A program made the translations under genes and the position numbers. A stretch of DNA of 64,000 nt, taken from NCBI GenBank assembly GCA_963801815.1, contig CAWDGJ010000003.1, positions 256,001 to 320,000 on the forward strand, in the 5' to 3' direction. Below are positions 1 to 8,741 of the stretch, piece by piece; position 1 is the stretch's first letter, and the number at the start of each line of letters is the position of its first letter. Source of the DNA: an uncultured Verrucomicrobiae bacterium. GTDB taxonomy: Bacteria; Verrucomicrobiota; Verrucomicrobiia; Chthoniobacterales; UBA10450. The notes under the pieces were generated by a model. It was not told where the DNA came from. It did no database searches and worked only from the letters and a program-made list of their open reading frames with translations.

Positions 1-571
1 GAGTCCGCGTTCTTTGTCGGCCAGCGCGCGGTCGATCAAGTGCCTCGAGCTCCGCAACCGTCAGCGGTTCGAGCTGAAAAACCTGTGATCGCGAAACCAG
101 CGCGCTGTTGACGTAGAAAAACGGATTGTAAGTCGTCGCACCGATCAGGCGCAGGTTTCCGCTTTCAACGTCGGGCAACAAAATGTCTTGCTGCGCTTTG
201 TTGAAATGATGGATCTCGTCGATGAACAAAATCGTTTTCTGGCCCGACGTGCGAATCCGGTTCGTCGCCGCTGCGAGGGTGCGCCGCATCTCGGCGACAT
301 TGCTCTCCACGCCGCTCAGTCGAACAAACTTCGCGTGCGTCATGTCGGCAATGATGTGAGCGAGCGTCGTTTTTCCCGTTCCGGGCGGCCCAGAAAAAAT
401 CACCGATGGCAACCGATCGGCCTCGATCGCGCGCCTGAGCAGTTTCCCGGGCGCGAGAATGTGTTCCTGGCCGACAAATTCGTCGAGCGAACGCGGCCGC
501 ATCCGCGTCGCCAGCGGCGCGGCTTCGTTCGTCGCTTCACTGTCGACATCCTCTTCGAACAAGTCCTGCAC
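1..571 (-). CDS. rarA: Replication-associated recombination protein A (RarA/MgsA AAA+ ATPase), 3' end runs off the window
   Basis: Manual minus-strand translation from GTG at 571: MQDLFEE...APLATRMRPRSLDEFVGQEHIL...IFSGPPGTGKTTLA (RarA N-terminal signature plus Walker A). Absent from the ORF track because it has no stop in the window. Confidence 0.9.
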   Translation of the reverse strand, partial: MQDLFEEDVDSEATNEAAPLATRMRPRSLDEFVGQEHILAPGKLLRRAIEADRLPSVIFSGPPGTGKTTLAHIIADMTHAKFVRLSGVESNVAEMRRTLAAATNRIRTSGQKTILFIDEIHHFNKAQQDILLPDVESGNLRLIGATTYNPFFYVNSALVSRSQVFQLEPLTVAELEALDRPRAGRQRTRT

Positions 572-691
572 GGAACAAATTACACGCGCGTCGCAGATTG
601 TGCATCTAGCTGAGCGAAGGAGGTCAATCGCCCCTGCCTAAAGATCCTGCCCGGGTAGAAACTATCCTGAGTCGGCAAATTATGCACGCGG

Positions 692-748
692 TGTAGCCAC
701 GGCCCTGCGGGCCGTTGAACGGAAACGTCGCGCAGCAAAGTGGCCACA
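692..748. repeat. GTAG-type REP-like palindrome
   Basis: TGTAGCCAC ... GTGGCCACA terminal inverted repeat (1 mismatch) with internal hairpin GGCCC-TGC-GGGCC, in the rarA-comEC gap. Confidence 0.6.
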
Positions 749-801
749 ATTCAGAACTTGGCGTCCACGACCTGCGACCCAATAATGACCCGAGTTCCCC
801 C

Positions 802-3090
802 ATGAACATTCCGCGACAACCATTTGTGGGTCTCGCGTTGATGGCAGCGCTTGGCATCGTCGTTGCCGATTTTGTTCCAATCGCATTGTCCCAATGGCTG
901 ATCTGGATCATCGCGTTCGTGTCGATCGCGCTCGTGTTGTTCTGGAAATCGAACTCGGCCTTGACTTACGCGCTTGTCGGGTGCGCGTTCTTTTTGCTCC
1001 ACAATTTTCGGACCCGCGACACGCCGGGATTAAAGCTTGTCGATGAATTGGGCGAACGCGCGCGAACAGTGCGTGCAACCGGCGTGGTTGCGAGCGAACC
1101 AAAGGTCGCACCGAACGGGTTTGCGACGTTTCTTTTCAATCTCGAGTCAATCGAGGTTGAAGGGAAAGTCGAAACGAGCAACGCGACAGTTTTTGTGCGC
1201 TGGCGCGGCAATCCGGAATTCGGCGATGAAGTGAAGATCTTTGGAACTGCGGAGCCGATCGCGCCACCGCGCAATCCCGGCGAGTTCGACGTGCGTTCCT
1301 ATCTCGCGCGCCAGGATGTGCGACGCTGCTTGTTTGTTCGTTATGAAGAAGACGGGGTGTTGCTAAAGAGAGGCGCAGGCAATCCGATTCTGCGCGCTGC
1401 GCAAAGATCGCGAGGATGGGTCCAGCGCACGATATGCCGCGGTCTGGATGATTCGCCTGAGGTGCAGAATTTTCTTGGCGGAATCGCGCTTGGCTTGCGT
1501 CACCAAACGCCGGAAGATATCGAAGAGCCGTTTCAGCAAACTGGCACGCTGCATCTTTTTGCGGTTGCCGGATTGCACGTCGGGATTGTTGCGCGGCTAT
1601 TGTGGATCCTCGCGATTATAGCGCGGCTGCCGCAGAGATGGGCAACTGCAATCATCATTCCACTCCTGCTCTTCTACGCCGCGGTAACCGGTTTACACGT
1701 GTCGAGCGTTAGGGCGGCGGTGATGTGCTCGATCTTGCTGGCCGGATTTTTTGTTGAACGAAAAGTTTTCACTCTGAACAGTCTCGCCACTGCCGCTTTT
1801 TTCCTTTTGTCCTGGAACACGAACGAATGCTTCTCCACCGGGTTCCAACTCTCGTTTGCGGTTGTGGGCGGCATTATTTTGCTGGCCGATCCGCTCTCGC
1901 GACGGTTGCAACGGTTCGGCGCGACCGATCCATTTCTGCCGCCCGGTTTAGTCGGACGTAACCGCCGTGCGATCGGGTCAGGCTACGAATGGCTTTGCCG
2001 CGGCTGTTCCGTTTCGCTGGCGGCATGGCTCGGGTCGTTACCGCTGATTTTCTCGTATTTTCATTTGATCACACCGAGCTCCGTCTTCGCGAACCTGCTC
2101 GTAGTGCCGCTCGCATTCTTCATTTTAGCGATCGCTCTTCTGTCGGTTGTCACGGCGCCTATTGCGCTGGCACTTTCCGTGGTTTTCAACAATGCAAACT
2201 GGTTACTGGCAAACGGAGTGATCACGCTCGTTCATTGGTGCGCTCAGTTGTCGGGCAGTCATTATTACGTAGCGCAGCCGCATTGGCCGAATGGAGTGTT
2301 CGCGAGAATTAATGTGCTCGACGTCGGTGCGGGCGCGGCCGTTCACATCCGAAGCACCGGTGAAGATTGGCTGTTGGATTGCGGAAACCTGCGCAGTTAC
2401 GAACGCATCCTTCGCCCGTATTTGCACACGGTTGGAGTCAATCGCGTCGATGGGCTTCTGCTCAGTCACGGCGATTCATTTCACATCGGGGCCGCCGCCG
2501 CGCTCCTCGCGGAGTTCTCCCCGCGGGTTTTGATCGACAACGCAGTGGTTGATCGATCAACCGTCCATTATCGGCTACGAGCAACTCTTGCGGCGCGGCG
2601 GGCAAATGTGTCGAACTTTAGCGCCCGCGAACATTTTACAATCGCTCCGAATGTGTCCGCCAGAATTCTTTTCCCGCCACGCGGATTTTCGGCGACAACA
2701 ACGGACGATGGGGCGCTGGTGGTGCAGTTGTCCGTGAAGACGACGAAGGTTTTATTCATGTCGGACAGCGGTTACGCGACGGAAAAGGCGTTGATTGAAT
2801 CGCAAACAGATTTGCGCAGTGACATTCTCGTCAAAGGGCAACATCATTCCGGCAATTCCGGCCTCGATGCTTTTCTGGATGCCGTGCAACCGAAGATAAT
2901 CGTCGCAACATCGCGCGATTTTCCACAGCACGAGCGAATATCAGACAAATGGGCGGAGGGCGTTCGCGCGCGCGGTATCAAACTTTTTCGTCAGGACGAA
3001 ACGGGAGCGGTGGAATTGGAATTCTGTCCGGACGGTTGGCGGGCAAGGGCGTTTGTTACCGGCGAGATTTTTCGAAGCACCAGCCGGTAA
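802..3090 (+). CDS. comEC: ComEC/Rec2 competence DNA-uptake channel with C-terminal MBL domain
   Basis: RNPGEFD, HLFAVAGLHVG, GFQLSF, LDVGAG and SHGDSFH motifs; multiple TM segments. ATG at 802 preferred to ORF start 715. Confidence 0.92.
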   Translation: MNIPRQPFVGLALMAALGIVVADFVPIALSQWLIWIIAFVSIALVLFWKSNSALTYALVGCAFFLLHNFRTRDTPGLKLVDELGERARTVRATGVVASEPKVAPNGFATFLFNLESIEVEGKVETSNATVFVRWRGNPEFGDEVKIFGTAEPIAPPRNPGEFDVRSYLARQDVRRCLFVRYEEDGVLLKRGAGNPILRAAQRSRGWVQRTICRGLDDSPEVQNFLGGIALGLRHQTPEDIEEPFQQTGTLHLFAVAGLHVGIVARLLWILAIIARLPQRWATAIIIPLLLFYAAVTGLHVSSVRAAVMCSILLAGFFVERKVFTLNSLATAAFFLLSWNTNECFSTGFQLSFAVVGGIILLADPLSRRLQRFGATDPFLPPGLVGRNRRAIGSGYEWLCRGCSVSLAAWLGSLPLIFSYFHLITPSSVFANLLVVPLAFFILAIALLSVVTAPIALALSVVFNNANWLLANGVITLVHWCAQLSGSHYYVAQPHWPNGVFARINVLDVGAGAAVHIRSTGEDWLLDCGNLRSYERILRPYLHTVGVNRVDGLLLSHGDSFHIGAAAALLAEFSPRVLIDNAVVDRSTVHYRLRATLAARRANVSNFSAREHFTIAPNVSARILFPPRGFSATTTDDGALVVQLSVKTTKVLFMSDSGYATEKALIESQTDLRSDILVKGQHHSGNSGLDAFLDAVQPKIIVATSRDFPQHERISDKWAEGVRARGIKLFRQDETGAVELEFCPDGWRARAFVTGEIFRSTSR

Positions 3091-3632
3091 ATCGCCGCGC
3101 CTGCGTGGACGAAGCGGCGCTCAAACTTGCTCGATGGAAGGTCGACATCTTTCGTATCGTCGATGGTGAATCGAGAATCGGCTTGGCTGAGCCGGAGCAT
3201 TTGCTCGAAGTAATCGCCTTGGTCCGTGGCGATTCGAAGGACGCCGCCGGCCTGCAGCGCGCGATAAATGGAATCGAGAAATTCGTTGGTGACAATTCGG
3301 CGACGGTGGTGTCGGCGCTTTGGCCAGGGATCAGGAAAAAACAAGTAGAACGTTTCAACGCTATTTTCCGGCAGTAAATAGCGAACGGCATACGAACTTT
3401 CGACGTTCAACACGCGAACATTTTCTAGCTGGGCTGATTTGCGGCAGGCTTTGGCGACGCGACCAGCAAGTTTGTCGATGCCGAGGAAATTTCTTCCGGG
3501 ATTTTGCCTGGCTAGTTCACACAGGAATACGCCGTCGCCGCAACCAAGATCGACATGCAATGGGGCAGCGCGGCCGAAAATTGATAGAAGATCGAGCGGC
3601 GCGAGATAGGTCTCCGGGACGAGTTCAACCAC
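2991..3632 (-). CDS. trmB: tRNA (guanine-N7)-methyltransferase
   Basis: VDLGCGDG SAM motif; FPDPWPKRRHHRRR signature; IATDQ. Confidence 0.92.
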   Translation of the reverse strand: MVELVPETYLAPLDLLSIFGRAAPLHVDLGCGDGVFLCELARQNPGRNFLGIDKLAGRVAKACRKSAQLENVRVLNVESSYAVRYLLPENSVETFYLFFPDPWPKRRHHRRRIVTNEFLDSIYRALQAGGVLRIATDQGDYFEQMLRLSQADSRFTIDDTKDVDLPSSKFERRFVHAGAAIYRLVLRKISPVTNALARQPSGQNSNSTAPVSS

Positions 3633-3699
3633 GGAGAAGAATGACAGCCGTTACCAGGCGTTTCAACCTCGCAGCGGCAAATTGATTGGCGAGGAAAGG

Positions 3700-4086
3700 T
3701 TAGGCCGCGGCTTGTTTCGGCGAGCCGAAACCGATGGCGAGCATTAGCACGGCAAGGACTACGTGAAGCCAGGTGTCAGCCGGATTGTTGGAAATCAGGC
3801 CGAGCAGCAACCCGTTAGGCGTCATGAATCCCAGAATCGCTACCACGGCGTAGATGAGTCCAAAGATCTTGAACCAAAGCCGCGCCGGGCCGGCTCCCGC
3901 CATTGATGCGAGCAGGAAAACAATGCCCGAGGCGATGTGCACACTGCTATGCGCGGTGTTCACCATGAAGATATTCAGTAACATAGGCATGCCGTCGGCG
4001 CCGGTCGTTGTGACACCGGGTACGAAACCCAGAATTCCCAGCGCCAAAAAAACAATACCGAAAAGCATTCCCAGTGTTTTTGCCAT
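3700..4086 (-). CDS. DUF4383-like small membrane protein
   Basis: Four hydrophobic segments; GILGFVPG, NTAHSSVH and NPADTWLH motifs. Confidence 0.75.
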   Translation of the reverse strand: MAKTLGMLFGIVFLALGILGFVPGVTTTGADGMPMLLNIFMVNTAHSSVHIASGIVFLLASMAGAGPARLWFKIFGLIYAVVAILGFMTPNGLLLGLISNNPADTWLHVVLAVLMLAIGFGSPKQAAA

Positions 4087-4200
4087 AGTAAGCTCCTATT
4101 GGATTTGAGGTTATGCTTATGGCAGTCGCACCGGTCACTGGCAAGAAAAAAGCGGGTTCATTCGAAACGCTTCAATCTCACTGCTGTCTAATGTCGAAAT

Positions 4201-4803
4201 ATGAAGCTTCTTTACGTTTTGCCCGCCGCAGCGCTGGTTCTTTTTGACTGTCTTTCGCCGGCCCAAACTTCGCCCGAGACAAAAACCGCGGTCTTTGCGG
4301 GCGGCTGTTTTTGGTGCATTCAGCCGGCCTTTGATAAAGCGCCGGGCGTTCTCAAAACGGTGGTGGGTTACTGTGGTGGAACAGAACCGAATCCAACCTA
4401 TGAGTTGGTCGGTTCGGAAAAAACGAAATACCGCGAATCGATTGAGATCACTTACGATCCGGCGAAGATTTCTTACGATCAGTTGCTCGATATTTACTGG
4501 CGACAGATCGATCCCACTCAGTCTGACGGCCAATTCACTGATGTCGGTCCCAGCTATCACGCGGCGATTTTTTACGGCAATGACGACGAGAAAAAAATTG
4601 CCGAAGCATCAAAGGCGAAGCTCGCCTCCTCCGGTAAGTTCAAGAAGCCGATCGTGACTGAAATCCTCCCGGCAATGAAATTTTGGCCGGCAGAGGATTA
4701 TCATCAAAAATATTATCAACAGAACCCTGCGCATTTTGAAGCATTCGAGTACGGCTCGGGTCGCACGTCGTTCCAGAAAAAGAATTGGGGTGACAAGCCC
4801 TAG
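4201..4803 (+). CDS. msrA: Peptide-methionine (S)-S-oxide reductase with signal peptide
   Basis: FAGGCFWC, GYCGG, NPTY, DPTQ..GQF.D.G and AEDYHQKYY motifs. Confidence 0.93.
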   Translation: MKLLYVLPAAALVLFDCLSPAQTSPETKTAVFAGGCFWCIQPAFDKAPGVLKTVVGYCGGTEPNPTYELVGSEKTKYRESIEITYDPAKISYDQLLDIYWRQIDPTQSDGQFTDVGPSYHAAIFYGNDDEKKIAEASKAKLASSGKFKKPIVTEILPAMKFWPAEDYHQKYYQQNPAHFEAFEYGSGRTSFQKKNWGDKP

Positions 4804-4863
4804 GCTAGAATTCGACAGCACACATCTGAATCGACGGTGCCTACGTTTTGGGGTGGGCCACCC

Positions 4864-5313
4864 TTAGAATCTGGCGAGGTTTGAGTGCTGTGACTCGACA
4901 AATTCGGCGCGCTCGACCGAAAGATTTTCGTTAAGGACTTTTCCCAGTTCCTGCGACAGGACGATGGCAATCGCGCGAGCGTCGCGTGTGTAAACCGGGA
5001 TGGTAAACGAACCGGCGTTACGATCATATCCGTAAATGGTGCCGTCGGTTTCCCAAACGCAGTAAGCGTGACCCGCCGGGTGATTGTTGTAACGAACGAG
5101 CAGAATCTTCGCCCAAAAGTTTGTGTCGAGAGCGTGCTGGGTCTTGACCGCGGCGAGGTAATTGCAGGCCGAGACGACGCACCCGTTCAATACCACGAGC
5201 TCATCTTCACTGGGCGAAAGGAGGACGGTTTGCTGAGGACGGCAGCTGAGCGTTACGCAAGCGAGGAGGATCGCGGAATGATAGGTGACTTTGGCGAGCG
5301 ACGGGAAATTCAT
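4864..5313 (-). CDS. Hypothetical lipoprotein, possible transglutaminase/papain-like fold
   Basis: Lipobox-like TLSC; NGCVVSA, GHAYCVWE and YGYD resemble a Cys-His-Asp triad. Confidence 0.55.
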   Translation of the reverse strand: MNFPSLAKVTYHSAILLACVTLSCRPQQTVLLSPSEDELVVLNGCVVSACNYLAAVKTQHALDTNFWAKILLVRYNNHPAGHAYCVWETDGTIYGYDRNAGSFTIPVYTRDARAIAIVLSQELGKVLNENLSVERAEFVESQHSNLARF

Positions 5314-5639
5314 GAAACGGGAGCGGGCTGAGGTCTATTGCTGTTATAGTTTTTATAGAACACGATAGCCCCGATGTGAAGCTTTATTTTCACGCGGCGC
5401 GACACGATTCTACAAACTCTGACGTCACCGGACCCGCCTCCGTTCATTTAGGTTGGCGTAATTTTCGCATCGCTCCAACGAGGAGGGGGCCGTCCAGCCT
5501 CGTGGCTGATGTTTATCTGTAAAACTTAATAAACGAGCCCGCCTCGCCACGCTCCCGGTCGAGGCGCGTTTGACGGCTGATCACAGGTGCTTTTTCACGA
5601 ATGCGCGGCCGGAATGCGACTTCAGGCATGAAATTGGGG

Positions 5640-5753
5640 GCTGCCTTGCCGAGGCGTAGCTCGCGACGTTGCCAATAGATTGCAAAACGTCCGGCTTCGC
5701 AATTGCTCCGCCGCGACAGTCTTCTCTCGCAACTACGTCGCGAGCGAAGACTG
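5640..5753. repeat. Hairpin/REP-like element directly downstream of tmRNA
   Basis: Stem CAGTCTTC-TCTCGC...GCGAG-CGAAGACTG at 5717-5753, plus a CTGCCTTGCCGAGGCGTAGC motif at about 5641-5660. Confidence 0.5.
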
Positions 5754-6108
5754 GAGGCGAGGGGAGTTGAACCCCTGTCCTCATCGCTTTCCGCGCACAC
5801 ATCTACATGTTTATCCGGCGCTTGGTTCTGAAGAGCTGACGTTGCACCGGCGCACTGCCAACTCTCGAGCGTCCGCGAGGTCGATCTTACGAATCAGGCG
5901 CGGTCGCCCCGCCGATTCGCCAGCCTGCTGTCCCCGTTTTCGCCGCCAGCAGGCGTCGCTGCGAAAACGTCACGGTCAATTAAGCCGCGAGAGCGAGATC
6001 TTCGTGATCTGCGTTTATTTGTTTTGGTCCGGTTTTTTACGAGGCCAACGAACCATCCTCGACATGCCGTCTGCGCTTCCAACCATGAGTCGAAACCAGT
6101 GCGCCCCC
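5752..6108 (-). ncRNA. ssrA: tmRNA (SsrA); tag peptide ADHEDLALAA* at 6012-5980
   Basis: 5' GGGGGCGCACTGGTTTCGAC; 3' T-arm GGACAGGGGTTCAACTCCCCTCGCCTCCA; 357 nt; resume codon GCA after ATAAAC; tag ends LALAA-stop; CCA not encoded. Confidence 0.95.
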
Positions 6109-6212
6109 GTCACGAAAAAGATACTGTCCGGTAGCGTCCTGCGCAAATTCTGGATGAAAAATCGAGAATCAAGACTCTAGTTCGTTCTAACCCTCTAACG
6201 CATCCCAGGTAG

Positions 6213-7286
6213 ATGCAAACCTACATTGATAATCTGCCAGCCGGTCGTGCTGTCCGACTTTTAGCAAAACCGCGTGGCGGGCCGCTCGCATTGGGACGTG
6301 GCATGATCATCGCCATCTCTCTGGTTCTGGTCAGCATAATTGGATACGTCGATTTCAAAACCGGATACGAACGGTCGCTTTCGCTTTTCTATCTTGTGCC
6401 AATCTCGCTCGGGACTTGGGTAGTCGGCTTGATTTTTGGACTGGCAATCGCCGTCCTGAGTGTTGTCGTTTGGGTCATTTCGGATTTGGCGGCCGGTATC
6501 CCTTCCTTCCGATTGTGGAACGCCGCGATGGCGCTTGCATCTTACTTCGCCTTCACGGTGGTCCTCTTTAAGTTGCGAGTTTTGCTTCATGAACTTGATC
6601 AACGAGTGCGCGATCGCACGATTGCTTTGCAGCGCGAAATGACCGAGCGCGAGCGTCTCGATCAGGAAATCGCAGAAATCGCGGATCGCGAACGACGGCG
6701 TCTGGGACAGAGTTTGCACGACAGTGTTGGTCAACATTTGACCGGGACCGCTCTGGCCGCACAGGTTTTGCGTGAGAAACTGGCGGACCGTGATGCCACT
6801 GAAGTTCCGGATGCCGACAAGGTGGTTCGTTACCTGGAGGAGGGGATCGATCTCACACGGAACCTCGCGCGTGGTTTCTTTTCTCCCGAGCTGGAAGCGG
6901 ACGGTTTGAGTGTTGCGCTGCAAGGGCTCGCGGCAAATGTCAGCGAGCGGTTTGGGGTTACGTGTGATTTCAAGGGCAATGGCGCCGTGCGGGTGCGTGA
7001 TTCCACAACCGCCACCCAGCTCTACCACATCGCGTTAGAAGCAACGACAAACGCAGCCAAGCATGCCCATCCGAGCAGGATCGACATCGAGCTGGCTCAA
7101 AAGGGCCAGCGACTCACCCTGGCAATTTCAGATGACGGAAAGGGGTTTCCCGAAAAATTGCCCGAACCGCCGGGGCTGGGACTCCGTCTGATGGCTCATG
7201 GCGCAGCCTTGATTGGCGGAAAACTTTCTGTTCAGCGTAACCGTAATGGCGGAACAATAGTCATATGTAAGTTAAGCGCGGACTAA
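6213..7286 (+). CDS. Membrane sensor histidine kinase (HisKA_3, NarX/UhpB-like)
   Basis: N-terminal TM bundle; ERRRLGQSLHDSVGQ H-box; EATTNAAKHA, DDGKG and GLGL boxes. True start may be ATG 6303. Confidence 0.9.
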   Translation: MQTYIDNLPAGRAVRLLAKPRGGPLALGRGMIIAISLVLVSIIGYVDFKTGYERSLSLFYLVPISLGTWVVGLIFGLAIAVLSVVVWVISDLAAGIPSFRLWNAAMALASYFAFTVVLFKLRVLLHELDQRVRDRTIALQREMTERERLDQEIAEIADRERRRLGQSLHDSVGQHLTGTALAAQVLREKLADRDATEVPDADKVVRYLEEGIDLTRNLARGFFSPELEADGLSVALQGLAANVSERFGVTCDFKGNGAVRVRDSTTATQLYHIALEATTNAAKHAHPSRIDIELAQKGQRLTLAISDDGKGFPEKLPEPPGLGLRLMAHGAALIGGKLSVQRNRNGGTIVICKLSAD

Positions 7287-7299
7287 CCATCGCAAGCCT

Positions 7300-7980
7300 A
7301 TGAAACAAAAAAACCAAAATGGAGGCACTCACAGTCACCGGGTCTTTATCGTGGACGATCATCCCCTCGTTCGTGAAGGCCTGGCAAACTTAATCAACCA
7401 ACAGACCGACTGCGCCGTTTGCGGGGAAGCCGAGGATTCCGCCGGCGCCCTTACAGGAATCGGCACGAGTCAGCCCGACGTAGTGCTAGTGGACATCTCG
7501 TTAAAAAACGAATCGGGCCTGGAATTAGTGAAGACGTTGCGCAGCCAGTTTCCGGAACTTGCGGTCATTGTTCTGTCGATGCACGACGAGGCGCTTTACG
7601 CTGAACGCGCCCTGCACGCCGGCGCGCGCGGCTACGTAATGAAACGCGAAACGACAAAAAATGTTCTGACCGCAATTCGGCGTGTGCTCGAAGGCGACAT
7701 TTACGTGAGCGATCGAGTGGTCAATTCGATGGCCAAGAGGATGAGCTCCCGCAAGACCGCGGCGGCCGAACCCGTTGAACGGCTGAGCGACCGTGAGCTG
7801 GAAATCTTCAGACTGCTTGGTCAGGGGCGCACGCCGTCGCAAATCGCGGAGGACCTGCGGCTGAGTTTGAAAACCGTTCAGGCTTACTGCGCGCGAGCGA
7901 AAGAGAAATTCGGAGTCACGTCACTTACCGAATTACTGCGTGCAGCGATTCGATGGGAAGACGCGATGCACGTAAAGTGA
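7300..7980 (+). CDS. NarL/LuxR-family response regulator
   Basis: IVDDHPLVREG, DISL, LSMH, and C-terminal LSDRELEIF...LSLKTV HTH. Confidence 0.93.
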   Translation: MKQKNQNGGTHSHRVFIVDDHPLVREGLANLINQQTDCAVCGEAEDSAGALTGIGTSQPDVVLVDISLKNESGLELVKTLRSQFPELAVIVLSMHDEALYAERALHAGARGYVMKRETTKNVLTAIRRVLEGDIYVSDRVVNSMAKRMSSRKTAAAEPVERLSDRELEIFRLLGQGRTPSQIAEDLRLSLKTVQAYCARAKEKFGVTSLTELLRAAIRWEDAMHVK

Positions 7981-8000
7981 GCTGACTACGTGCTATCTAT

Positions 8001-8732
8001 CTAGATAGATGTCGATCTAATTCGGGCCGGTCGGATGCTGGCCGCGGCAGTGGCCAACTGTCGCGTGCTGAACCGCAAGCCGCAGAAAATCGCAAGTTGC
8101 TCCATCATCGCGGGCGGGTTGGCCTGCAACTCTTCAAATTGAATGCGCTTGTAGTTTCGCGAACTGGCGACCTGTTCTCCGGCGCTTAAGTACTGCGATA
8201 CAAGCCGCCGGCAATATTCAAGGTCCGCGAGATTGGAGGTGGGCGGATCACCGGCTGCTTGAAACTTCAATTCGCGTTCGCGAATGCTTTCCGCCGCAGC
8301 TACTGCATCCCGGACCACGTGAACAATTCGCGCATCGGGAAAAATTTCGAGCCATACCGGCGCGAACAATGTTGTGCGGGGTTCCTTCCAACCCCAAGGC
8401 GCACCAAATTTCAACCGCAAACGACGCCACCAGCCGCTCGGGTCATTCCGATATCCAAAAATTTTCCCAAAGTCTGCGCTGACGTTCGATCGCAAGTATT
8501 CCAAGCAATCGCTACGGCCCGCGGAAGTTTTTATTCGGTCAACGAACGGAGTGGGATTGTGCCAGGACGCGCCGGCGCGGCGAAGATATTCTTCGTGTAA
8601 TTGTTGAAGCGCCTTGGATTCGCGATGGCTGTCGAGCCGCTGACCAATCTGCAATCCGAGCAACTCGAGCGCCCGGGCGGTGGCACTAGTGCCGGAACGA
8701 TGCGCGCCAATAATCAAGACGGGCGCCTTCAT
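8001..8732 (-). CDS. PAPS-dependent sulfotransferase family protein
   Basis: IIGAHRSGTS 5'-PSB loop; WGWKEPR; HVVRD. Confidence 0.85.
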   Translation of the reverse strand: MKAPVLIIGAHRSGTSATARALELLGLQIGQRLDSHRESKALQQLHEEYLRRAGASWHNPTPFVDRIKTSAGRSDCLEYLRSNVSADFGKIFGYRNDPSGWWRRLRLKFGAPWGWKEPRTTLFAPVWLEIFPDARIVHVVRDAVAAAESIRERELKFQAAGDPPTSNLADLEYCRRLVSQYLSAGEQVASSRNYKRIQFEELQANPPAMMEQLAIFCGLRFSTRQLATAAASIRPARIRSTSI

Positions 8733-8741
8733 TCGAAATGC

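Noticed and set aside
188..613. 141-aa plus-strand ORF
   Set aside because: Antisense shadow of rarA on the minus strand.
4800..5752. Genomic island or prophage integrated at the ssrA 3' end
   Set aside because: No integrase and no duplicated ssrA 3' end seen in the window; flanking genes are housekeeping-like.
5513..6180. ORFs 5680..6180(+), 5513..5800(-), 5581..5802(-) and 5894..6082(-)
   Set aside because: They overlap the tmRNA and have no recognisable protein features.
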